Source: a virus
Virus record (IMG/VR): IMGVR_UViG_3300020468_000005
Location: 1 to 64,000 of that record
DNA length: 64,000 nt
Reading direction: 5' to 3' (one strand)
How positions within the stretch are numbered: the stretch's first letter is position 1; the number at the start of each line of letters is the position of its first letter. Positions 17,376-23,512 of the stretch are shown one piece after another. The position numbers and the translations under genes were made by a program. Under the pieces are notes generated by a model that did no database searches, was not told where the DNA came from, and worked only from the letters and a program-made list of their open reading frames with translations.

Positions 17376-17899
17376 TACAGATAACCCGCTAGTTCACAAC
17401 CTGGTTCATCATAGAACCAACTAATACTTAGATCGTCATACTGTTCTTTAATAGCATAACAGACTTCTTCGGGTGGACTCCACGCTGTTTCAAATTGCAC
17501 CTCGAATCCGTGTGGCATATCTGTATCATCTATTTCCATAGTGTAAGCATCCCACTTAGTTCCCCAGTTATGGACACGCCAGTTATACCACCGATCATCC
17601 ATAACGTCAGTTGATTCAAAACGTAAACCACTTCTAAATGGTTTCTCTTTGTCTATAATGAGTTTTGGACACTCACCTAATTCACCTCTAGGTTTAGAGA
17701 ATGAATACTCTTGGACTGTTTCTTCATTCAATGGAATTTTAGTCCAATCAGGTTCGGGGATGAATGATCCAAACACTGAGTCGTTTGGTTCAGTGTTGTC
17801 ATCAGTCTCGATCCCTTTTAAGAAAATCTTGTGTAGTTTTAGGATCGCTGTTGAGTCGTCACTGTAGAATGTGACTCGATTGTGGCAATGATTCGGCAT
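17375..17899 (-). CDS. DUF1281 / YubB ferredoxin-like domain protein
   Basis: MPNHCHN, WYNWRVHNWGTKWD, FETAWSPP and YDEPG motifs. Confidence 0.75.
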   Translation of the reverse strand: MPNHCHNRVTFYSDDSTAILKLHKIFLKGIETDDNTEPNDSVFGSFIPEPDWTKIPLNEETVQEYSFSKPRGELGECPKLIIDKEKPFRSGLRFESTDVMDDRWYNWRVHNWGTKWDAYTMEIDDTDMPHGFEVQFETAWSPPEEVCYAIKEQYDDLSISWFYDEPGCELAGYL

Positions 17900-18027
17900 T
17901 AGATACACACCTCGTCGAATCTCTTGTTAGCGATTTCTATATGCTGATCCTCTGTAAGTGTTGGGAATTCTTGCATAACCTCGTAGTAGATAGACCAGAG
18001 GATTTCTTCATGATGTAGTGTTGACAT
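17899..18027 (-). CDS. Small hypothetical protein
   Basis: Manual ORF MSTLHHEEILWSIYYEV...KRFDE. Confidence 0.55.
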   Translation of the reverse strand: MSTLHHEEILWSIYYEVMQEFPTLTEDQHIEIANKRFDEVCI

Positions 18028-18032
18028 AATAA

Positions 18033-18230
18033 TTACCTTTTAGGATTAATTGGTTCGTAATCGAACGGACTAGGTTCAGCGATTTTCTCACATAGTGAGT
18101 CATAATCTGCTTGGGTGGAGTCGTTTATCCAACCCATATCGTTGAAAAATGACATCATCTCAACGAGGACTGACTCTTCTGGTTCAGTCATTGTGATGGT
18201 TCTTAACCATTGTGTGTCTTTGTTTTCCAT
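18033..18230 (-). CDS. Hypothetical protein
   Basis: 65-aa ORF after the promoter at 18242. Confidence 0.55.
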   Translation of the reverse strand: MENKDTQWLRTITMTEPEESVLVEMMSFFNDMGWINDSTQADYDSLCEKIAEPSPFDYEPINPKR

Positions 18231-18236
18231 ATCCTT

Positions 18237-18297
18237 ATTATACTATGCCCCCAATCCTTCAGGGTGGCATAGACTAACAATGTAATCATTTGTAACA
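18237..18297 (-). promoter_or_regulatory. Early promoter with stem-loop and class-B palindrome
   Basis: TATAAT (18242-18237); CTATGCC/GGCATAG hairpin; TGTTAC-AAATG-ATTACA at 18297-18281. Confidence 0.6.
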
Positions 18298-18494
18298 GTC
18301 TTAACGTATGTGTCAGCGTGTTTCAAATACTGGTTGATGTGCTTGCTAGTTGTTCGAGAATAGTAGGCATCAGTTTTGAAATAACCATCAACGAGAGTGT
18401 GACCTGCAACAGGTGTTTCATATGAGAAAAATAACGTAGTGCCATTGTTGAAACTGATTTCGGTTTGGTTGCTACCGATTTGTCTAAGAATCAT
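18243..18494 (-). CDS. Conserved phage hypothetical protein
   Basis: IGSNQTE...LFFSYETPVA...YSRTTSKHINQYL motif. Confidence 0.7.
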   Translation of the reverse strand: MILRQIGSNQTEISFNNGTTLFFSYETPVAGHTLVDGYFKTDAYYSRTTSKHINQYLKHADTYVKTVTNDYIVSLCHPEGLGA

Positions 18495-18521
18495 TTTAGT
18501 TCTTTTGTTGTTTACTCTTCT

Positions 18522-18617
18522 ATTATAAGGGATCGATTCCCAGAGTCAACGAGTCAATGTGCAACTAAAATAACTGTCACACTGAGTCGGGATATCGTAT
18601 GCAGCGTCCCTTATAAT
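18522..18617. promoter_or_regulatory. Divergent promoter pair centred on a class-A palindrome
   Basis: Minus strand: TTGACT-16-TATAAT(18527). Plus strand: TATAAT(18612). TGTGCAACT-AAAATA-ACTGTCACA arms lie 35 nt from each -10. Confidence 0.7.
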
Positions 18618-18642
18618 GGAATCAGTTAAGACGGATGCATTA

Positions 18643-18942
18643 ATGCAAACTCACTCAATCACCCTAGGTAGAAACATTCCTAACAGCGGTACCGTAACGA
18701 ATCAGATGTGGATCGAGTTCCTCAAGAACGAAGTCTGTACATCTCTTGAGTATGCGACAGTGACCGAGGGGACGGGAATTTATAAGGGTGAATTGGAACA
18801 GTGCATGATTATTTCAGTGCAGACTGATGACCTAAACGTTATCACCGCACTGCAAGCAATCGGATCACGGTATAAGAAGCAATTCAATCAAGACTGCATT
18901 TTATATTCTACCACAGATAATCCGCAATTCGTACTTACATGA
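18643..18942 (+). CDS. Putative SAM lyase (SAMase) / DUF3574-like protein
   Basis: GIYKGELE and FNQDCIL motifs in a ~100-aa ferredoxin-like pattern, resembling recalled T3 SAMase motifs (G.Y...E, EQDCVL). Confidence 0.55.
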   Translation: MQTHSITLGRNIPNSGTVTNQMWIEFLKNEVCTSLEYATVTEGTGIYKGELEQCMIISVQTDDLNVITALQAIGSRYKKQFNQDCILYSTTDNPQFVLT

Positions 18943-19029
18943 CCAAATCAAAACCAAAGGAAAAGGTCCTTCACCCAGTGTATAAGATCTTTCTTTACGT
19001 GCTTACTTTCACCGCTGTACTATTGGGAG

Positions 19030-19080
19030 CGTAACGTTTTATTACAAATGTGCAGACCTCAACCGATGATCCTTTATAAT
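19030..19080 (+). promoter_or_regulatory. Early promoter with class-B palindrome
   Basis: CGTAAC-GTTTT-ATTACA (19030-19046); TATAAT at 19075. Confidence 0.55.
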
Positions 19081-19108
19081 AAGGATATACAAAACAGGAT
19101 TTCAATCT

Positions 19109-19276
19109 ATGTTCAACAAAGACCTAACACCAATGTACAACGGAAGAGTTCTAATGAACAAAACCGCAATGCAAGATCCAACCGTAAAGGCAGCACTTGA
19201 CGCGATGGCATCAAGGAATTTTGAACCTCAAGAAATCAACCGCTACGGGATCTGGTACATATCAGATAGGCACTAG
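19109..19276 (+). CDS. Small hypothetical protein
   Basis: Manual ORF MFNKDLTPMYNGRVLMNKTAMQDPTVKAALDAMASRNFEPQ...GIWYISDRH. Confidence 0.6.
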   Translation: MFNKDLTPMYNGRVLMNKTAMQDPTVKAALDAMASRNFEPQEINRYGIWYISDRH

Positions 19277-19281
19277 GTGCC

Positions 19282-19413
19282 TTGGGCATTGATTGGGCAT
19301 GGTGAGAGTCCATGCGTTTAAAGGATATCAATCTATGTAAGTCCCATCCAGCTGAGTCGGGCACGGGTAAGCGACCCCAGAGGAACATGCTTTTTAAATC
19401 GAACCTCCGACTC
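19282..19413 (+). ncRNA. Candidate structured non-coding RNA (two multi-stem units)
   Basis: GC-rich intergenic stretch with stems ATTGAT/ATCAAT, GCATGG/CCATGC, GAGTCGG/CCGACTC, GGGT/ACCC and GAGG/CCTC. Confidence 0.5.
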
Positions 19414-19470
19414 GACCACTTCACAAACTGTCCCCATTGTAGTGTTTGGGGGCAGTTTTTCCTTTATAAT
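19414..19470 (+). promoter_or_regulatory. Early promoter with class-A palindrome
   Basis: GACCACT-TCACAA-ACTGTCC, then TATAAT at 19465. Confidence 0.65.
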
Positions 19471-19495
19471 AGAATCAAATCAGATTAAAGCATTT

Positions 19496-19750
19496 ATGAC
19501 TTTTCAGCAATCAATCAACCTCACAGACACACCTCGCACAGAGTACAATGGTTGGTCAGACTGGACGACTTGGAACTGTGCCCTATGGGTTGGCGGTGAC
19601 GAGGGACTCTACAACATAGCAAGGGACTGCGACTCATGGTTCGACTTTATCATATGCATGCAAGATCTAGGCATGAATAAGACTCCAGACGGGGCAAAGT
19701 GGACAGAAGCAGACTATGACGAGATGATGGAGATGATGGATGAACTGTAA
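19496..19750 (+). CDS. Conserved phage hypothetical protein
   Basis: YNGWSDWTTWNCALW...DEGLY...TPDG motif. Confidence 0.7.
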   Translation: MTFQQSINLTDTPRTEYNGWSDWTTWNCALWVGGDEGLYNIARDCDSWFDFIICMQDLGMNKTPDGAKWTEADYDEMMEMMDEL

Positions 19751-19807
19751 ACAAATGTTTCAATACGCATACAATAGCATCGACTCTATTGTATGTACTG
19801 CTATAAT
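19746..19807 (+). promoter_or_regulatory. Early promoter with stem-loop and class-B palindrome
   Basis: TGTAAA-CAAAT-GTTTCA (19746-19762); CATACAATAG/CTATTGTATG hairpin; TGcTATAAT (19799-19807). Confidence 0.65.
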
Positions 19808-19832
19808 GAATACATACCACAAAGGAGCAAAC

Positions 19833-20021
19833 ATGACTACTTGGGCAATCCAACCTTCACACTACGGAAACGAAGTTAAGATCTGGGCAGACGTATTCCA
19901 CGCTGACCACTTCGCAGACGCAAAGCGTCACGCAGAGAGACAGGCAGAATTGCTAGGCGAAGCAATCACAATTTGGAAGTGCGGTAGCATCTCTGAGTTC
20001 AAGTGGATGGAGGTTAAGTAA
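19833..20021 (+). CDS. Hypothetical protein
   Basis: AAGGAG RBS; MTTWAIQPSHYG...KWMEV. Confidence 0.65.
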   Translation: MTTWAIQPSHYGNEVKIWADVFHADHFADAKRHAERQAELLGEAITIWKCGSISEFKWMEVK

Positions 20022-20165
20022 TGAACAACGAAACATACGACCTCCTACTCAATGACAAGTTCATACGTGACCACTTCGTCGTTATCACCTTCGACGAAGA
20101 GGGCGAAGAGGTAGAAGACGATGGGAGACTATTCCCTAAGGACGCACCGATAGGTTAAAGCACTT

Positions 20166-20187
20166 GCCCCCCCTTGGGGGGTTTTTT
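20166..20187 (+). terminator. Rho-independent terminator
   Basis: GCCCCCCC-TT-GGGGGG followed by TTTTTT. Confidence 0.75.
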
Positions 20188-20290
20188 ATATCCGCCTGCT
20201 AAGCTTAACATCCATACGCTTTCTAAGCTATAAAGTCTTGCATGAGCGAGCGTGATATAAAATAAATAATTTTTCAAAAAATTTTTCCCA

Positions 20291-20470
20291 ATGAAAACAT
20301 TCGACGTAGAGACCACAGTAACATATAAGCAGTGGATCAGAGTATCAGCAGAAGATGAGTATGCTGCCCAGAAACGTGTCAACGATATGGCATGGGACGT
20401 AACTGCGATACAGTATCAGGTTATGGAGAAGGCAGAATCCACAGGAACGGTTAGAGACTGCCCAGAGTGA
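20291..20470 (+). CDS. Small hypothetical protein
   Basis: Manual ORF MKTFDVETTVTYKQWIRVSAEDEYAAQ...; GTGA overlap with the PPTase. Confidence 0.6.
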   Translation: MKTFDVETTVTYKQWIRVSAEDEYAAQKRVNDMAWDVTAIQYQVMEKAESTGTVRDCPE

Positions 20471-20913
20471 AACCCATATACTCCGATGAAGTAGCGAGCG
20501 TTTATCTGACCTCAGATGTAAAACTCGCCCTAAGAATGTTTCTCTGCAGAGTTCCTCTGAGTTGCAAAGAACCTGTGAAAATGTATTGGAATAAATCAGA
20601 CACTAACCATTGTACAGTAGTTGCAGTGGGTTTCAAAGAAGTCGGAGTTGATATAGAGTACATGAGATATAGAAGGTTTGAAGATATTTCAAGACGTTAC
20701 TTCCATAAGGATGAGATTACTGATAACATGCATGTCTTCTATGATCTATGGACTCAGAAGGAAGCATACACCAAGTGGAAGAAAGGAAAGATAGCAAAGT
20801 ACATGTCTCAGAAGATAGACAAGGATATATCTCAACTAGTTCCACAGTCGAGGTATAGTATGATAGAACTAGATGGGTTACCTTACAACATTAGAGGGTA
20901 TCTATGTTATTGA
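20467..20913 (+). CDS. 4'-phosphopantetheinyl transferase (Sfp/AcpS superfamily)
   Basis: VGVDIE and FYDLWTQKEAYTK signature motifs. Confidence 0.85.
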   Translation: MKPIYSDEVASVYLTSDVKLALRMFLCRVPLSCKEPVKMYWNKSDTNHCTVVAVGFKEVGVDIEYMRYRRFEDISRRYFHKDEITDNMHVFYDLWTQKEAYTKWKKGKIAKYMSQKIDKDISQLVPQSRYSMIELDGLPYNIRGYLCY

Positions 20914-20938
20914 CAATGTGTTGATACTCTGATATAAT
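20910..20938 (+). promoter_or_regulatory. Consensus sigma70 promoter
   Basis: TTGACA-17 bp-TATAAT with extended TG. Confidence 0.85.
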
Positions 20939-20966
20939 ATATACTATATACCACTCTCCCTTTTCT

Positions 20967-21143
20967 ATGCAATACGTATTATTCAACGAACATTTCGATC
21001 AAGTAGGTACGTATGACAGTATCTACGATCTTCGTAAGTTTCTTTGTGATAGGAAGTATGAGATAGATTGTGATAAGGATATAGGGGATACGTTTGATTA
21101 CATCAAGCATATCAAGTGGCATTTCGATATTAAACAACAATAG
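20967..21143 (+). CDS. Small hypothetical protein
   Basis: Manual ORF MQYVLFNEHFDQVGTYDSIYDLRKFLCDRKYE... Confidence 0.6.
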   Translation: MQYVLFNEHFDQVGTYDSIYDLRKFLCDRKYEIDCDKDIGDTFDYIKHIKWHFDIKQQ

Positions 21144-21151
21144 GAGGATAC

Positions 21152-21367
21152 ATGTCAGGCGATTGCAAACAACAACCGCATATCTACTATTCAGAGCATG
21201 GTAGAAAAACACTCGAAGAGTATTATGTCAATAGGATAGAAGCACTCAACGAGGAAGTAGATAGATTAAAAGGTATAGTCGATTACCTTGAAAGTAAAGT
21301 AAAAACCCACCATACGATCTTTACAAATTATGAACTCTCATTTATCAAACGAAGAACTTCTCGCTAG
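21152..21367 (+). CDS. Hypothetical coiled-coil protein
   Basis: AGGAGG RBS; 71 aa. Confidence 0.6.
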   Translation: MSGDCKQQPHIYYSEHGRKTLEEYYVNRIEALNEEVDRLKGIVDYLESKVKTHHTIFTNYELSFIKRRTSR

Positions 21368-21551
21368 ACTCACTAAACTTGAAGGTGCTGTGAGTAATCT
21401 TATGATGAGACGACCTGGTCATGAGGAATATGAGAAGCTCGTCGATGTTGTATGCGACCATGAGACACGCTTGATCAGAGAGGAAGAGGAACTTCAGAAG
21501 TGCACAGAGACTGTTTCTGAGTTGTCTGAGTCAGAGGATACAAACTGGTAA
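21330..21551 (+). CDS. Conserved cyanophage hypothetical protein
   Basis: LMMRRPG.EEYEKLVDVV motif. Confidence 0.6.
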   Translation: MNSHLSNEELLARLTKLEGAVSNLMMRRPGHEEYEKLVDVVCDHETRLIREEEELQKCTETVSELSESEDTNW

Positions 21552-21597
21552 AAAATCGCGAATCCTAACCAAAGGGCAAAAATCGCGTCGTTGGTCT

Positions 21598-21604
21598 CTA
21601 AATA
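21598..21604 (+). promoter_or_regulatory. T4-like late promoter
   Basis: CTAAATA at the start of the structural operon. Confidence 0.55.
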
Positions 21605-21626
21605 TAACTCATAGGAAGTACAAGCC

Positions 21627-21842
21627 ATGATAGGACTGGAAGCACTAGAAGGAGAATTCGTTATCCGAGATAACGATGAAATCATAAAACTGTCGAGGGT
21701 AAGGGATATACCTCCCTCTTTCGACCATCTGATTAAGTTTGCTCCTACCCCTCCAGAACCACCCCATAGTGTAAATGATCATATGGAGATGGCAAAATAT
21801 AGCGAGTACTTGCACGAGTTAATGACAAGAGAACGCAAATGA
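21627..21842 (+). CDS. Conserved hypothetical protein upstream of baseplate genes
   Basis: DIP..FDHLIKFAP..PEPPH...H motif. Confidence 0.7.
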   Translation: MIGLEALEGEFVIRDNDEIIKLSRVRDIPPSFDHLIKFAPTPPEPPHSVNDHMEMAKYSEYLHELMTRERK

Positions 21843-22045
21843 GCAAATACGAATTCGAGTACGATTCATGGTTTAGAGACGACATACCAAAAGCACAATA
21901 TGGAAGTCTTCAGTGTTGGATAGAGAATGAGAAGACACAACCATGGACGACCGCATACGATATGACCATTCATAGTATAATGTATAATATAGCAATAAAG
22001 AACGGATTACTAACAGAAGCATATGGCAGTAACCATCACTCCTGA
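21839..22045 (+). CDS. Hypothetical protein
   Basis: 68-aa ORF with ATGA overlap. Confidence 0.55.
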   Translation: MSKYEFEYDSWFRDDIPKAQYGSLQCWIENEKTQPWTTAYDMTIHSIMYNIAIKNGLLTEAYGSNHHS

Positions 22046-22523
22046 TGGAACAGCAACGTTCCTTACGGATTTAACTAGACCTAACTTTGCAATGAACCAG
22101 ACAGTGAGTGCTTCTTGTTCGGTTGCTTCACCTAATGTATGTAATGTAACTAATGTTACTGCAACTGTAGCTGGAACACAACCTGACCTAGTAATTACAC
22201 CTGGTAGTACATCTGTATCAATTACTGGTTCAATAGAAGATCCTTTTGTAGACGAATTTAAGTATGTGGAGCAAGGAGAATCAGATAAGACATCTACCCC
22301 TGTGACAGTTCAGCGACTGGTTAACATGCCCCCAGATAAGGTAATGTTTGACCTCAATCAGGACAATACATCGTACACAACTGAAACTTTCACCGTAACG
22401 GTACAATGGGAGAGTGGTCCTGTAGGGAACCTGACTGCCCAAGCACCCGCATCCTTCACACTTGAATTAAAGATATATAATGAGTGGGAAGGTATACGTT
22501 CCTTTATTTCAGATTATTATTAA
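22023..22523 (+). CDS. Putative virion/baseplate protein
   Basis: Beta-rich 166-aa ORF preceding PAAR. Confidence 0.65.
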   Translation: MAVTITPDGTATFLTDLTRPNFAMNQTVSASCSVASPNVCNVTNVTATVAGTQPDLVITPGSTSVSITGSIEDPFVDEFKYVEQGESDKTSTPVTVQRLVNMPPDKVMFDLNQDNTSYTTETFTVTVQWESGPVGNLTAQAPASFTLELKIYNEWEGIRSFISDYY

Positions 22524-22524
22524 A

Positions 22525-22806
22525 ATGCCAGCAGTAACACGAGTAGGAGACGCAGATGTAGCCCATTGTTCTGGAATGTCCAGAGCACAGGGTTCAGGTA
22601 ACGTCTTCTGTAATGGTATTCCTATATCCAGACAAGGAGATAAGAACACCACACACCTATTACCAGGCTCACCGTGCCCTCCTCACAGTGCAGCCATAGG
22701 AAGTGGTAGTAGCACAGTCTTTGTAAATGGCAAAGGATGTGGTAGAGTAGGAGATGCAACATGTACAAGTGTTGCAGCAGGTTCATCAAACGTATTCGCA
22801 GGTTAA
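22525..22806 (+). CDS. PAAR spike-tip protein (gp5.4-like)
   Basis: MPAVTRVGD..VAHC...NVFCNGIPISRQGD...H...VFVNGK...RVGD repeats with metal-binding His/Cys. Confidence 0.9.
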   Translation: MPAVTRVGDADVAHCSGMSRAQGSGNVFCNGIPISRQGDKNTTHLLPGSPCPPHSAAIGSGSSTVFVNGKGCGRVGDATCTSVAAGSSNVFAG

Positions 22807-22809
22807 ATT

Positions 22810-22950
22810 ATGGCAACTAGATATGCAATGGGTCTTCCAACAATCGAAGCAAGACCAAAGAAAACAAGACAAGGTAGAGGACAGCATACTAAGTATAGTG
22901 CTACCTCTCGTAACAAAGCAAGAAAGAGGTATCGTGGCCAAGGCAAATAG
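22810..22950 (+). CDS. Small highly basic protein
   Basis: Manual ORF ...PKKTRQGRGQHTKYSATSRNKARKRYRGQGK. Confidence 0.7.
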   Translation: MATRYAMGLPTIEARPKKTRQGRGQHTKYSATSRNKARKRYRGQGK

Positions 22951-23092
22951 AATCGTAGACGGAAAAAGGAACGCAAATATACCCGTAGATATGTCTGATC
23001 ACTTCTACGATCATGGCAATGAATACTGCAGATATTTAATTACTGATCCTAGATCTGATAGGAAGGTAAAGAATGTTAAAAAAGAAGTATAA
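22934..23092 (+). CDS. Small hypothetical protein
   Basis: GTG start; VDMSDHFYDHG...LITDPRSD. Confidence 0.55.
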   Translation: MAKANRIVDGKRNANIPVDMSDHFYDHGNEYCRYLITDPRSDRKVKNVKKEV

Positions 23093-23095
23093 ATA
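23088..23095 (+). promoter_or_regulatory. T4-like late promoter
   Basis: TATAAATA upstream of gp25. Confidence 0.75.
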
Positions 23096-23122
23096 TATCT
23101 GAAGGTAAACTTTGTCATATAA

Positions 23123-23512
23123 ATGGCGATTAAATCAAAGTCGTTTAGAGACTTTTCGTTGACATTTGAAAAGAATGCAGTAACAAACGATGTTTTGTCA
23201 CTGAAGAACGAAGCAGCCATAAAGGAATCTGTAAGAAATATCATATTGTATAATTTTTACGAGAAACCTTTTGATCCTAAATTTGGCGGTAATATCATTG
23301 GACTATTATTTGAGAATGCTAGTCCCTCATTACAGACAGACTTACAGGATAGAATTGCAGATACAATTAACATTTACGAACCAAGGGTTGTTCATTTAGA
23401 AACTAAAGTTAAATGGACAGAGGATCGTAACAACTTAGATGTATCAATTCGTTATGTAATCTTAGGTATACCTCCTACAGTAGATTCACTCGAGCTTGCA
23501 TTGAAACCATAA
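23123..23512 (+). CDS. gp25: Baseplate wedge subunit gp25
   Basis: AIKESVRNI...EKPFDP.FG...LLFE...YEPRV motif. Confidence 0.9.
   Translation: MAIKSKSFRDFSLTFEKNAVTNDVLSLKNEAAIKESVRNIILYNFYEKPFDPKFGGNIIGLLFENASPSLQTDLQDRIADTINIYEPRVVHLETKVKWTEDRNNLDVSIRYVILGIPPTVDSLELALKP

Noticed and set aside
19282-19413. Known ribozyme or riboswitch (hammerhead, twister, glutamine, c-di-GMP)
   Set aside because: The core consensus nucleotides I recall for these classes are absent; left unassigned.
19236-19424. 62-aa minus-strand ORF over the candidate ncRNA
   Set aside because: No promoter or RBS, atypical composition, antisense to the local transcription direction.
17127-19762. Class-B palindromes as canonical NtcA boxes
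   Set aside because: Spacing is GTA-N9-TAC-like rather than N8, and the distance to the -10 is 29 or 39-40 nt rather than about 22.
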